NCBI GenBank assembly: GCA_949293555.1
Contig: CASFDV010000001.1
Location: 238,605 to 302,604, forward strand
Source of the DNA: an uncultured Bacillota bacterium
Lineage (GTDB): Bacteria; Bacillota_I; Bacilli_A; RFN20; CAG-826
Length of the DNA: 64,000 nucleotides
Direction of reading: 5' to 3'
Shown: piece by piece, positions 28,176 through 37,752 of the stretch
Layout: every line of letters begins with the position of its first letter
Numbering within the stretch: position 1 is the first letter of the stretch
Program-made: the position numbers and the translations under genes
The notes under the pieces: generated by a model
Seen by the model: the letters and a program-made list of their open reading frames with translations, nothing else
Databases searched by the model: none
What the model was told of the DNA's origin: nothing

Positions 28176-29292
28176 TGGCAGCCTCCCTCATCGCCTCCGT
28201 GTTCCGCTCCGCAAGAAAGAGGACCTCCCCTTCCGGATCCTCCTTCTTCCGCCCGACACGCCCCGAGATCTGGACTAGCGTGGCGCGGTCGTAGATGGCC
28301 TCATGGTCCGCATGGAGGATGATCGCCTGCAAGCCTTTGACGGTCACCCCCCGTTCCAGGACGGAGGTCGTCACCAGATAAGAAAGCCTTCCTTCCCGGA
28401 AATCGTGGATGACCCTTGCCCGTTCTGGGCGCTCGCTATGGACGTACGCCCCTCCAGGAAGAAAAGGCGAAATCAAACGGTAGCACCTCTCGCATTCTCC
28501 GATAGTAGGGGCGAAGATGAACGCCCGCTTCCCCCTCTTCATGAAACGGCGCGCCAGGAAGGCGGCGTGGAAGGGCTGGACGATGGCCAAGGACTCCAGG
28601 AAGCGCGGGACTGGGACCGGATGGCCATGGAACCTCGTGTCCAGACGAAGGATTTCCCTCCCCTTCCTCGAAAACTCCTGGACGACTTCAGGCGGCGGAG
28701 TGGCGCTCATGAAGACGACCCTCCCCCTGACCGACCGGCGGAGGAACGACTCAAGCACGAAGTCCCCTCTATAAGGGAAAGCATCGATCTCGTCGGCGAC
28801 CAAGAGATCGAAATAACGTTCGTATCGGTATAGCTGATGCGTCGTCAGCACGACGAGGTCGCCAGTCAGTTCCTTCGTCCTGCCTCCATGGACGAGCGTG
28901 CAACGGATGCCCGGGAATGCGGAGGCCAGACGACCATGAAGCTCGATGGCGACGTCCCTCCTTGGCACAGCGAACCCGCACTGGAGGCCTCGCCTAAGCG
29001 CAAGTTCGAAAACGCCGAGGACAATCTCCGTCTTCCCCGCCCCGCACACGGCGTGCACCAAGGTGTCCCTCCCGGCGAGGAAGTTTTCCGCTAGGCGCCT
29101 AGACAGGCGCTTCTGGTCTTCCGAAAGCTCATAGGAAAGGGAAAGCCTTACGTCCAGGGAGCGATGAATGTTCGGAAGCGCTGAGGAACCGTTAAAAGAC
29201 AGGCATCGCCTGCAATAAGCCCTCCCCTCTTTGTCTTTCCCGAGAAAGGATTCGTCTTTGTTCCCGCACCGGGGGCAAACATAGGGAGCCAC
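28129..29292 (-). CDS. comFA: ComFA-like DEAD/DEAH-box helicase (competence)
   Basis: N-terminal zinc ribbon CPRCGN...CRRC, Walker A AVCGAGKTE, DEID box (LLVADEIDAF). GTG start. Confidence 0.8.
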   Translation of the reverse strand: MAPYVCPRCGNKDESFLGKDKEGRAYCRRCLSFNGSSALPNIHRSLDVRLSLSYELSEDQKRLSRRLAENFLAGRDTLVHAVCGAGKTEIVLGVFELALRRGLQCGFAVPRRDVAIELHGRLASAFPGIRCTLVHGGRTKELTGDLVVLTTHQLYRYERYFDLLVADEIDAFPYRGDFVLESFLRRSVRGRVVFMSATPPPEVVQEFSRKGREILRLDTRFHGHPVPVPRFLESLAIVQPFHAAFLARRFMKRGKRAFIFAPTIGECERCYRLISPFLPGGAYVHSERPERARVIHDFREGRLSYLVTTSVLERGVTVKGLQAIILHADHEAIYDRATLVQISGRVGRKKEDPEGEVLFLAERNTEAMREAANEIRKSNEALSHLRG

Positions 29293-29298
29293 GCCCTC

Positions 29299-29304
29299 CT
29301 TATA
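29299..29304 (-). promoter_or_regulatory. -10-like TATAAG, 6 nt upstream of comFA GTG (leaderless-type; alternatively GGAGG acts as a very closely spaced SD)
   Basis: The minus strand reads CCCTATAAG-GAGGGC-GTG. Confidence 0.3.
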
Positions 29305-29327
29305 GGGAGGAAACGGCTCCTTTTGCC

Positions 29328-29774
29328 CTACTTTCTTTCTTCTAGCGCGGAAATCTCGTCGACCCGCTTCTTGTGGCGCCCGCCCTCGAAGGGCGTGCCG
29401 AGGAAGGCATCGAGGCGAAGGAGGACGTCCCTTTCGTCCATGAACCGCGTCCCGAAGGAAATCATGTTCGCGTCGTTGTGGCGGCGAATGAGCCGGCTGA
29501 CCTCAAGGTCGTAGCCGATCCCGCAGCGGATGCCCTTCACCTTGTTCGCGGCGATCATGATCCCCTCGCCGGTCCCGCAGCAAAGGACGCCGAACTCGCA
29601 TTCACCGGAGGAAACAGCCCTCGCGGCTCTTTCTGAATATATAGGGTAATCCACAGAAACCTCCGCAGAATCTGTTCCAAAGTCAGAAATTTCATATCCT
29701 TTGGATAGAAGGTGCTTGCGGATCGTCTCCTTAAGCGCGTATCCGGCGTGATCGGAAGCGAGGGCGATTCTCAT
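29328..29774 (-). CDS. rpiB: Ribose-5-phosphate isomerase B
   Basis: MRIALASDHAGYALKE...CGTGEGIMIAANK. 148 aa. Confidence 0.9.
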   Translation of the reverse strand: MRIALASDHAGYALKETIRKHLLSKGYEISDFGTDSAEVSVDYPIYSERAARAVSSGECEFGVLCCGTGEGIMIAANKVKGIRCGIGYDLEVSRLIRRHNDANMISFGTRFMDERDVLLRLDAFLGTPFEGGRHKKRVDEISALEERK

Positions 29775-30388
29775 AGGTTCTCCTCCTTGATGAAACGAAG
29801 TATATCCGCGAAAGGCAGGGCGCCTTCCCGCACGAGCCGCGGCTCCCCGGCTCCCGAAAGATCAACGATCGTGGAAGGGGTGCCGCTTGTCACGTTCCCG
29901 TCCATGACCCCATCCGCGGAATCGGAGAAATAGGACAAGGCCTCTCGCGTCGTCCTCGCAGGAGGCTCGCCAGAAATATTCGCGGAAGTGACCAGGCAAG
30001 GGACCCCGGCAAGCGCAAGGAGCGCCCTTGTCTCGGAAGAGGCGGGGACGCGGATCCCGATGACCCCGGTCCTAAGGTCGTTCCACCAAGGAAGGCCCGC
30101 CTTCCCTTTCGCGAGGACGGTCAGCTCCCCGGGGAGGAACTTCTCCATGACCGAACGGACCAAAGGGGTAGCCTCAACAAGCGAAAGGGCCTCCTCCAGT
30201 GAGGAGCACATGAGGGAGATGGGCTTCTCCGGGCTCCTTCTCTTTGCCTCTATGAGTCGACGATAGGCATCCTCCGAATCGTGCCTTGCCCCGATGCCAA
30301 ACACCGTCTCCGTTGGAAAGACGAGGATTCCCCCTTCGCGAAGGACCTTGGCCGCCCCTTCCTTGTCGTTTCGCCCGAAATGTTCCAT
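29771..30388 (-). CDS. tsaC: L-threonylcarbamoyladenylate synthase (TsaC/YwlC, Sua5 N-domain type)
   Basis: LREGGILVFPTETVFGIGA and TSANISGEPP. The start was trimmed to ATG 30388; the longer track ORF overlaps prmC. Confidence 0.85.
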   Translation of the reverse strand: MEHFGRNDKEGAAKVLREGGILVFPTETVFGIGARHDSEDAYRRLIEAKRRSPEKPISLMCSSLEEALSLVEATPLVRSVMEKFLPGELTVLAKGKAGLPWWNDLRTGVIGIRVPASSETRALLALAGVPCLVTSANISGEPPARTTREALSYFSDSADGVMDGNVTSGTPSTIVDLSGAGEPRLVREGALPFADILRFIKEENL

Positions 30389-30393
30389 CCCGG

Positions 30394-31239
30394 CTACCTC
30401 ATATAGATGAACAGGAATCGAAGGAAGCCGTTGAGGTCTTCCTTGTACTCGCTCTCGTAGTCGCTCAAATAGCGCGACATGAGCCCGTCCAAGTAATCCT
30501 TGAGCCCAGGATCGATCTCGAAGGCGAGGAGAAGCGGCCCCTTCTTCACCTTGCATACGTCCCGCATGATCTTCTCATAGACGTTGTCCTCTGGATCGAA
30601 GTAAAGCGCTGAGGAGGGCTCGTAGTCGCGTACGCTCGGCTGGGCTTCTCCCGGAGAAAGGACGTAGGGAGGGTTCGACACGATGATGTCCGCGGCCATG
30701 TTCTCGCGGATGAGCGGCTCAAGGGCGTCCCCCTGGAACAGGCGGATCGAAAGGCCTTCTCTCCCGATGTTTTCCTTCGCGACTTCCAAGGCAGGGGCGC
30801 TGATGTCCGTCCCGGAGACGACCCAGTTCGGGAACTGCGACTTCAAGGCGATCGCGATCGCCCCGGTCCCGGTCCCGATGTCGCAGCAGACGAGGAAGTT
30901 CCGCGCGTCCCAATAGCGGGGCGCGATCTGGCTGAGGAGGGCGACCAGCTCCTCCGTCTCCCCCCTGGGGATGAGGGTGTCCCTCGTCACCTTCAGGCGA
31001 TGGCCGAGGAACTCCGCCTCCCCGAGGATGAGTTCCACGGGTTCCCCCGCAAGGAGGCGCTCCACCTGGGAGCGGAAAATCGCCACGTTCTTCATCTCCT
31101 CGTCACGGTGGAGGAAAACGTCCATCTGGTCCTTGAAGCCTTCGTTGGAGCGAATCAGGAGGCGAAGGTCGACGGCGAGGACGCCTTTCCCTTTGCCGAG
31201 GAGGAGGGCGCGAGAAATTTCCTCACCGATGGTCGGCAT
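30394..31239 (-). CDS. prmC: Release factor glutamine N5-methyltransferase
   Basis: CDIGTGTGAIAI SAM motif and IIVSNPPY. Confidence 0.9.
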   Translation of the reverse strand: MPTIGEEISRALLLGKGKGVLAVDLRLLIRSNEGFKDQMDVFLHRDEEMKNVAIFRSQVERLLAGEPVELILGEAEFLGHRLKVTRDTLIPRGETEELVALLSQIAPRYWDARNFLVCCDIGTGTGAIAIALKSQFPNWVVSGTDISAPALEVAKENIGREGLSIRLFQGDALEPLIRENMAADIIVSNPPYVLSPGEAQPSVRDYEPSSALYFDPEDNVYEKIMRDVCKVKKGPLLLAFEIDPGLKDYLDGLMSRYLSDYESEYKEDLNGFLRFLFIYMR

Positions 31240-32320
31240 CGGCGGCCTCCGCCTCGAGGATCTTCTGCTCCTGGTCGAAGTGGACGAGCGCCTCGATCAC
31301 GGGGTCGAGCTCGCCCTCCATCACGCGGTCAAGCTGGTTTATGGTGAATCCGATGCGGTGGTCCGTCACGCGGTTCTGCGGGTAGTTGTAAGTGCGGATC
31401 TTCTCGCTCCGCTCGCCGGTGCCGACCTTGAGCTTCCTCTCGGTCGCCCGCGCCTCGTCCTGCTGGGACTGGTAGAAGTCATGGACCTTAGCCCGGATCA
31501 TGCGCATGCAGATTTCCTTGTTCTGCAACTGGGCCTTCTCCGTCTGGCAGGAGACGACGAGGCCCGTGGGAACATGGGTGATCCGGACCGCGGACTCCGT
31601 CTTGTTCACGTTCTGGCCACCGGCGCCCTGGCTCCGGTAGGTGTCGATCTTGAGGTCGCTCGGATTGATCTCGACATCGACCTCCTCCGCCTCCGGCATC
31701 ACGAGGACGGTTGCCGTGGAGGTGTGGATCCGTCCCTGGGCCTCGGTCTTGGGGACCCTCTGGACGCGGTGGGCGCCGCTTTCGAACTTGAGTTTCGAAT
31801 ATACGTTTTCCCCTTTAACCATGAAGGAAATGCGGGAATATCCGCCTGCGGCTCCCTCCTCGACGTCGAGGATCTGAATCTTCCAGCCCTGGCGCTCCGC
31901 ATAGCGGGAGTACATCCGGAAGAGGTCGCCCGCGAAAAGGTTGGCCTCGTCTCCTCCGACCGCGCCGCGTATCTCAACGATGATGTTCTTGGAGTCATTC
32001 GGGTCGACGGGCAAAAGGTCGGTCCTCAGCTCCGCCTCCAGGGCGGACATCTCTTCTTCCAGGCGCTTCCGCTCGGCCTTCATGAGCTCGGCGAGCTCCT
32101 CTTCCCCGGAAAGGATCGCCTCCATCGCCTCCTGGTGCTCCTCCTCCATCTTCCGGTAGCGGGCGTACTTCTCATAGGCGTTCCTAAGGCCGCTCTGCTC
32201 CTTGGAAAGGGAGGTGAGGCGATGGATGTCTTCCGAAAGAGCCGGATCCTCCAGCTCCCTTTCGATTTCCTCGTAACGAAGTGTCACGGCTTCCAGCCGC
32301 TTGCGCATGCTCTCTTCCAT
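31223..32320 (-). CDS. prfA: Peptide chain release factor 1
   Basis: GAGGQNVNKTESAVRITH GGQ motif and RF1-type body. The start is set to ATG 32320 (MEESMRKRLE); ATG 32308 is also possible. Confidence 0.93.
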   Translation of the reverse strand: MEESMRKRLEAVTLRYEEIERELEDPALSEDIHRLTSLSKEQSGLRNAYEKYARYRKMEEEHQEAMEAILSGEEELAELMKAERKRLEEEMSALEAELRTDLLPVDPNDSKNIIVEIRGAVGGDEANLFAGDLFRMYSRYAERQGWKIQILDVEEGAAGGYSRISFMVKGENVYSKLKFESGAHRVQRVPKTEAQGRIHTSTATVLVMPEAEEVDVEINPSDLKIDTYRSQGAGGQNVNKTESAVRITHVPTGLVVSCQTEKAQLQNKEICMRMIRAKVHDFYQSQQDEARATERKLKVGTGERSEKIRTYNYPQNRVTDHRIGFTINQLDRVMEGELDPVIEALVHFDQEQKILEAEAADADHR

Positions 32321-32329
32321 AGCCACGCG

Positions 32330-32335
32330 AGTATA
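32330..32335 (-). promoter_or_regulatory. -10 box TATACT, 9 nt upstream of prfA ATG 32320
   Basis: The minus strand reads GGTATACT-CGCGTGGCT-ATG. Confidence 0.4.
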
Positions 32336-32352
32336 CCATCGCCGACAAGGCT

Positions 32353-32368
32353 TCCTCACTAGTGAGGA
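32353..32368. repeat. Perfect 16-bp palindrome TCCTCACT|AGTGAGGA between divergent prfA and dnaX promoters
   Basis: Read directly. It is centred about 20-25 bp upstream of both -10 boxes (32330-32335 on the minus strand, 32383-32388 on the plus strand). Confidence 0.6.
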
Positions 32369-32382
32369 GCGCCTTCGGAATC

Positions 32383-32388
32383 TATAAT
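32383..32388 (+). promoter_or_regulatory. -10 box TATAAT, 7 nt upstream of dnaX ATG (leaderless-type)
   Basis: TATAAT-TCAGGCA-ATG. Confidence 0.45.
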
Positions 32389-32395
32389 TCAGGCA

Positions 32396-34066
32396 ATGTC
32401 CTATCGCGCTCTCTATCTAAAGTACCGGCCCCAGACCTTCGGCGAGGTCGCCGGGCAAAAGGCCGTCGTCAAGACGCTCGAGAAGTCGCTTTCCAGCGGC
32501 AAGATCGGCCACGCCTATCTCTTCAGCGGACCCCGCGGGACCGGGAAGACCTCGATGGCGAGGCTCTTCGCCAAGGCCCTGGACTGCGAGAAAGGGATCG
32601 GCTGCCAGTGCGGCGAATGCGAGAACTGCCGCCTCATCGCCGAGGGAGGGCACCCCGACGTCATCGAGATCGACGCCGCCTCCAACAACGGGGTCGACCA
32701 GGTGAGGGAGCTCATCGACCACGTCGGCTACGCCCCCATCAAGTCGCGCTACAAGGTGTACATCATCGACGAGGTGCACATGATGTCCGCCGCCGCGTTC
32801 AACGCCCTCCTCAAGACGCTCGAGGAGCCTCCGGAGAACGTCATCTTCATTCTTTGCACCACCGAGCCCCACAAGGTCCTGCCGACGATCCTTTCCCGCT
32901 GCCAGCGCTACGAGTTCCACAAGCTGAGCGACGAGGAGATGAGGGGGAAGCTCGAGGAAGTGCTCGTCAAGGAAGGCGCGGGCTACGAGGGAGAGGCGAT
33001 CGACGCCCTCATCGACCTCGCCGAGGGAGGGATGCGGGACTGCCTCTCCATCGCCGACCAGATGCTCGCCTACTCCGGGAACTCGCTCAACATCCACGAC
33101 CTCCTCTCCGTCTACGGCCTCACGAGCAAGGAAGAGAAGCTCGCCCTCCTCATGGCGGTGGCCGGCGGCAACGCCTCCGAGGTCATCGGAAGGTGCGAGA
33201 GCTATCTCGCCGGAGGCATCGACCTGCGGCGCCTCAGCAAGGACCTCGTCCAGATCCTCAAGGACGCGCTCATCTACGAGAAGACGAAGGACGCCTCGCT
33301 CCTCAGCAGGCTCGAGGAGGAGGAATGCAAAAGGCTCCTGCTGACCTTCGGGCCTCGCAAGGCGGAGGAAGCCATCCTCGCCCTCGTCGAGGCGGAATCC
33401 CTCTACTCGCGCGTCGACGACGTCCGGAACCTCTTCGAGCTCACCCTCCTGAGGATGACGGACGGGGAAGCGCTCGCGCCCAAGGAACCGGCCCCCAGGG
33501 AAGAGGAACGGAAGGAAGAGCCTGTAAGGACAAGGCCTCTCCCCAAGGAGGAGGCCCGTGCGATCGAACCCGCCCCGGAGGCGGAAGTCCCTCCCCTCCC
33601 CAAGCCAAGCCCGATCGACCTCGAGGGCTTCGGCTCCGCGCCTCTCCTCACGGAAGGCGAGGAATACCAGCTTGCGGAGGATGACCTCATAAAGGTCATG
33701 AACCGGGCGATGGCGAACAAAAGGGAGAAGGCGGAGCTCTCGCGGAAATGGGAACTGCTTGCGGAAATCCAGGACGACCCGAACGCGGGGCTCTTCGCGA
33801 CCCTTCTCCTCAACGGGAAGCCCTACGCCTTGAGCGACGAGTGCCTCCTCGTGCAGTTCGACCATCCGACGGACGCGCGCAAGGCCAACATCAAGGGCAA
33901 CCAGCCGCAGCTCAGGAAGCTCGTCGGGAAGCTGCTGGGTCACGAGGTTTTCCTCTACGCCCTCCGCCCGGAGGTCCGGGGCGGCATTTACATGAAGTTC
34001 AACTCCCTGAAGGTGGCGGGGATCCTCCCCTCGATCGAAGAGGCGCCCTCGCTCCCCAAGGACTAG
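32396..34066 (+). CDS. dnaX: DNA polymerase III subunit gamma/tau
   Basis: HAYLFSGPRGTGKTS, CGECENCR zinc module, IIDEVHMMS. 556 aa. Confidence 0.95.
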   Translation: MSYRALYLKYRPQTFGEVAGQKAVVKTLEKSLSSGKIGHAYLFSGPRGTGKTSMARLFAKALDCEKGIGCQCGECENCRLIAEGGHPDVIEIDAASNNGVDQVRELIDHVGYAPIKSRYKVYIIDEVHMMSAAAFNALLKTLEEPPENVIFILCTTEPHKVLPTILSRCQRYEFHKLSDEEMRGKLEEVLVKEGAGYEGEAIDALIDLAEGGMRDCLSIADQMLAYSGNSLNIHDLLSVYGLTSKEEKLALLMAVAGGNASEVIGRCESYLAGGIDLRRLSKDLVQILKDALIYEKTKDASLLSRLEEEECKRLLLTFGPRKAEEAILALVEAESLYSRVDDVRNLFELTLLRMTDGEALAPKEPAPREEERKEEPVRTRPLPKEEARAIEPAPEAEVPPLPKPSPIDLEGFGSAPLLTEGEEYQLAEDDLIKVMNRAMANKREKAELSRKWELLAEIQDDPNAGLFATLLLNGKPYALSDECLLVQFDHPTDARKANIKGNQPQLRKLVGKLLGHEVFLYALRPEVRGGIYMKFNSLKVAGILPSIEEAPSLPKD

Positions 34067-34078
34067 GAAGGAGACTAT

Positions 34079-34378
34079 ATGAACCAGATGCAGAGGATGC
34101 TCCAGGAAGCGCAGAGGATGCAGCGGAAGCTGAACGAGATGCGCGCGGAGCTCATGAAGAAGGAGTTCCCCGTCGACAAGAACGGCCTCGTGAAAGTCGT
34201 CCTGACCGGGAACAAGGAGGTCAAGGAAATCCATATCGACCCCGAGGCCCTCGCCGAGGACCGGGAAATGGTCGAGGACTCCATCAAGGCCGCGATCAAC
34301 GAGGCGCTCCGCCTCATCGAGAAGGAAGAGCAGGAAATCGAGGAGCAGGTCGCCGGCAAGTCCGGGCTCCCCTTCTAG
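34079..34378 (+). CDS. ybaB: YbaB/EbfC nucleoid-associated protein
   Basis: 99 aa: MQRMLQEAQRMQRKL...IDPEAL..D.EMVEDSIKAAINEA. Confidence 0.9.
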   Translation: MNQMQRMLQEAQRMQRKLNEMRAELMKKEFPVDKNGLVKVVLTGNKEVKEIHIDPEALAEDREMVEDSIKAAINEALRLIEKEEQEIEEQVAGKSGLPF

Positions 34379-34984
34379 ATGGAACGGAAGGACCTCCCTG
34401 CGCTCGAAAGGCTCAAGTCGGCGCTTTCCCTCCTCCCCGGGATCGGCGCGAGGTCGGCGGAACGCCTTGCTTTCGCGATACTCAGGATGGACAAGGAGAA
34501 AGCCCGCGAGATATCCGAAAGCATCCTGAAGGCGAAGGAGTCCGTCCATCCCTGCCCCAGGTGCGGCCTCATGACGGAAAGGGAAGGGGCGTGCGCCATA
34601 TGCGAGGAAGAGGGGCGGGACAAAGGCTCCCTATGCGTCATCAGCGACCCCAGGGACTTCTACCCGATCGAAGGAAGCGGCTCCTTCCATGGCCTCTACC
34701 ACGTCCTCGGCGGCTCGATCGCCCTCTCGAAGGGGGTGGATCCGGACGACCTGAAGATCGACGAGCTCGTCCGGAGGGTTGGGAAGGAAGGCTTCCGGGA
34801 GGTCATCCTCGCCACGGAGCCCACCCTCGACGGGGAGACAACCGCGATGTACATCGCCAATCTCCTCAAGGGAAAGGGAGTCGAGGTGACCCGCCTTGGC
34901 TACGGGCTTTCCCTAGGCTCGAGCCTTGAATACGTCGACACCCTCACCATGGAACGGGCGTTCGAGGGAAGGAGAAGGCTCTGA
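34379..34984 (+). CDS. recR: Recombination protein RecR
   Basis: [14 protein letters not shown] HhH, Cys4 (CPRCG...CAIC), Toprim region. Confidence 0.95.
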   Translation: MERKDLPALERLKSALSLLPGIGARSAERLAFAILRMDKEKAREISESILKAKESVHPCPRCGLMTEREGACAICEEEGRDKGSLCVISDPRDFYPIEGSGSFHGLYHVLGGSIALSKGVDPDDLKIDELVRRVGKEGFREVILATEPTLDGETTAMYIANLLKGKGVEVTRLGYGLSLGSSLEYVDTLTMERAFEGRRRL

Positions 34985-35598
34985 TGTTCATCACGTTCGA
35001 AGGGGGCGAGGGGTCCGGGAAAAGCACCGCGATAAAGCGCCTTGGGGAAAAGCTCCGTTCCCTTGGGAAGAAGGTCGTCATCACGAGGGAGCCGGGCGGC
35101 ACCCCCATCAGCGAGGAAATCCGCTCCGTCATCCTCGACAAGGCGAACACGGGGATGGATCCCTGGACGGAGGCGCTCCTCTACGCCGCGTCCCGCCGCC
35201 AGCACGTGAAGGAGAAGATCGAGCCGGCCCTCCAGGAAGGGGCGATCGTCATCTCCGACCGCTACGTCGACAGCTCGCTCGCCTACCAGGGCGGAGCAAG
35301 GGGCCTTGGGGTCGACAAGGTCCTCGCGCTCAACCAGTTCGCCTTGGACGGGGTGATGCCGGACCTCACCATCTACTTCGACCTGGCCCCGGAGACAGGA
35401 CTCGGGCGCATCCGTAAGAACGAGCACAGGGAGGTGAACCGCCTCGACCTCGAGCGCCTCTCCTTCCACGAGAAGGTGAGGGCGTCCTTCCTTGCCCTCA
35501 AGGACATGTTCCCCGACCGGATCAAGATCATCGACGCCAACCTCGATCCGGACCAAGTATTTCAAGAAATCTGGAATTTGGTGTCGGTTTTGCTCTGA
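34984..35598 (+). CDS. tmk: Thymidylate kinase
   Basis: [14 protein letters not shown] and [17 protein letters not shown] overlap with recR. Confidence 0.93.
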   Translation: MFITFEGGEGSGKSTAIKRLGEKLRSLGKKVVITREPGGTPISEEIRSVILDKANTGMDPWTEALLYAASRRQHVKEKIEPALQEGAIVISDRYVDSSLAYQGGARGLGVDKVLALNQFALDGVMPDLTIYFDLAPETGLGRIRKNEHREVNRLDLERLSFHEKVRASFLALKDMFPDRIKIIDANLDPDQVFQEIWNLVSVLL

Positions 35599-35599
35599 T

Positions 35600-36604
35600 A
35601 TGAACGTACGCGAGTATCTGGAAAGACGTCAGAGGATGGCCCTGAGGCTCATCAAGGCTTCCTTTGAGAACGACAGGATCCCGCACGCCTTCCTTCTATC
35701 CGGCGAACCAGGGATCCCGCTCAAGGACGTCGCCGTGTTCATTGCCAAATCCCTGCTTTGCGACCATCCCGACCCCCTTGCGGACGAGACATGCCTAACG
35801 TGCCGGAGGGTGGCCAATAGCGTCCCCCTTTCCTCCCCTTCCAAAGGCAAGAAGGAGGAGGCGCTCGGCTATGCAGATTTTGTCCTCATCGACGGATCTC
35901 TCGGCTCCATCAAGAAGGAGCAGGCCCAGGACCTGGCCTCTTCCTTCTCGAAGACCGCCCTCGAGAAAAAGGGCATCCTCGTCTATGTGATCCATCTCGT
36001 GGAGAACATGGGCACGAACGCGGTGAACTCGATCCTTAAGTTCCTTGAGGAACCCGGCCCGAACGTTTATGGAATCCTTACCACCGAGAATGCCTCCAAA
36101 CTGCTCCCGACGATCCGCTCCCGGTGCGAGGAAATCCGTTTCCTCCTCTCCCCAAGGAACGAGATCATCGAGGAGGCCCTCTCCCTGGGCCTGAACGAGG
36201 AGGACGCCTCTCTTCTCGCCACTGTGGAGAACTCCGCCGAAGGGATCAAGAAGAAGGCCGGGACAAAGTCCTTCCGCACGGTCAAAGGCGCCTACGACGC
36301 GGCGCTCCGGGCATTCCGTGGTAGGAAGGCCGACATCGTCTATAATCTTGAGCGAGAAGTCGTTCCTGCCCTCAAGGACAAGGAGGATGCGCGCCTCTTC
36401 CTGCGCTTCCTCGGCAGCGCGCTTAGGTCGTGCCTCATGCCTGGCGAAGGCGGGGAGGCGGAACGCGCGGCCTTCCGAAGGCTCAAGAATCCCGGGAGGG
36501 ACCTCAAGACAGTGCTCACGAGCGAGGGAGAGATCAAGGTCGGCCTCCAGCCGGCCCTCGTCCTCGAGCACGTGCTCCGGCTTCTCGCGGAGGACATCCA
36601 ATGA
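35600..36604 (+). CDS. holB: DNA polymerase III delta-prime subunit
   Basis: 334 aa from ATG 35600 (1 nt after the tmk stop). It has IPHAFLLSGEPG, a CxxC module, NAVNSILKFLEEP and TIRSRC. Confidence 0.85.
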   Translation: MNVREYLERRQRMALRLIKASFENDRIPHAFLLSGEPGIPLKDVAVFIAKSLLCDHPDPLADETCLTCRRVANSVPLSSPSKGKKEEALGYADFVLIDGSLGSIKKEQAQDLASSFSKTALEKKGILVYVIHLVENMGTNAVNSILKFLEEPGPNVYGILTTENASKLLPTIRSRCEEIRFLLSPRNEIIEEALSLGLNEEDASLLATVENSAEGIKKKAGTKSFRTVKGAYDAALRAFRGRKADIVYNLEREVVPALKDKEDARLFLRFLGSALRSCLMPGEGGEAERAAFRRLKNPGRDLKTVLTSEGEIKVGLQPALVLEHVLRLLAEDIQ

Positions 36605-37752
36605 ACGATCAGGAAACGATTCTGGACACGATCAAGTACGTCGCCGTCCGCGCTCCCCATACGATGAAAGCGCGCTACTACGCGACCATCATCGAGGACC
36701 TTCGGAAAGGGGAGGCGGTCGTCATAGAAGGCGATAACGGCCTCACCGTCGGAATCGTCGAGTCCCTACCTTTCGAAAGAAAGATGTACGACGGGGAGGA
36801 AGCCGACCGCATCCGCCCGTTGGTAAGGCGCGCGGACGAGGACGACATCAAGAACCTCGAGCTCGGCAGGAAGGAAGCCGCCCTCGCTCTCGAGGTCGCG
36901 AAGGAGGAAAGCGATCGGCTCGGCCTTGGGATGCGCTTCCTCGACGGGGCCTATGACCTCGAAGGCAGGAACCTGACCCTTTACTTCACGAGCGACGCCC
37001 GCGTCGACTTCCGGGAGCTTCTCCCGATTCTCCGGGAGCGCCTCGAATGCGCGAAGCTCACCCTTCTTTCCGTAGCCCCCCGCGACAAGGCGCAGATGAT
37101 CGGAGGAGTCGGCATTTGCGGACTCCCCCTCTGCTGCACCCGCTTCCTCAGGCGCTTCGAGGGCATCTCCATCAGCCGCGCGAAGAACCAGGGTCTCAGC
37201 CTCAACACGGCCAAGATCTCCGGCCAATGCGGGAAGCTTATGTGCTGCCTCCTCTTCGAAGACCAGCTCTACACTGACGCGCGGAAAGAGTTCCCTGGCG
37301 TCGGAAGCGTCCATCGCTTCGAGGGGAAGGAATGGAGGGTCGACTCCTATAACGTCATCAGCAGGAACGTGAAGGTGACCTCCAAGGAGGAAAGCCGCGT
37401 CATTTCCCTCGAAGAACTTCTCTACCTCACCGGAAAGGGCCCGAAGCCCATCGAGAAAAAGCCGAAGGAGCGTCCCATGGACCTTCTTCCCGACCCAGTC
37501 CTCCCCGTTTCCCTGGGAGAGGAAAAGGCGCAGCGGAGCGAGCGCGCCCCCAGAAAGGAAGGGAAGCCTTCCCAGGACGGGAAGAAGCCCCGTCCGGAGA
37601 AAGCCCAAGAGCAGCAAGATCGGAAAGGGGGCCAAGGGAACGCGTCCCAAGGACAGAAGGGGCAAGGGAACGGCAGGAGGCGCCACCGGCACCGCCACCA
37701 TGGCCACGGAGGCCAGAACGGAGGAGGCAATGGCCCTAAGGAGGGACGCTAG
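36601..37752 (+). CDS. ricT: PSP1-domain protein YaaT/RicT with His/Arg/Gly-rich C-terminal tail
   Basis: ATGA overlap with holB. PSP1-like core (ICGLPLCCTRFL, CGKLMCCLLFE). The tail reads ...GQGNGRRRHRHRHHGHGGQNGGGNGPKEGR. Confidence 0.85.
   Translation: MNDQETILDTIKYVAVRAPHTMKARYYATIIEDLRKGEAVVIEGDNGLTVGIVESLPFERKMYDGEEADRIRPLVRRADEDDIKNLELGRKEAALALEVAKEESDRLGLGMRFLDGAYDLEGRNLTLYFTSDARVDFRELLPILRERLECAKLTLLSVAPRDKAQMIGGVGICGLPLCCTRFLRRFEGISISRAKNQGLSLNTAKISGQCGKLMCCLLFEDQLYTDARKEFPGVGSVHRFEGKEWRVDSYNVISRNVKVTSKEESRVISLEELLYLTGKGPKPIEKKPKERPMDLLPDPVLPVSLGEEKAQRSERAPRKEGKPSQDGKKPRPEKAQEQQDRKGGQGNASQGQKGQGNGRRRHRHRHHGHGGQNGGGNGPKEGR

Noticed and set aside
32321-32395. SRP (scRNA) gene, which lies directly upstream of dnaX in Bacillus.
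   Set aside because: The spacer is only about 75 bp and is occupied by two promoters and a palindrome. There is no GGAAG…AGCAG domain-IV-like sequence.
32396-34066. Programmed -1 frameshift or slippery site producing a gamma subunit in dnaX.
   Set aside because: I saw no A-AAA-AAG-type heptamer in the gene by eye. The longest A runs are 4-5 nt in non-slippery contexts.
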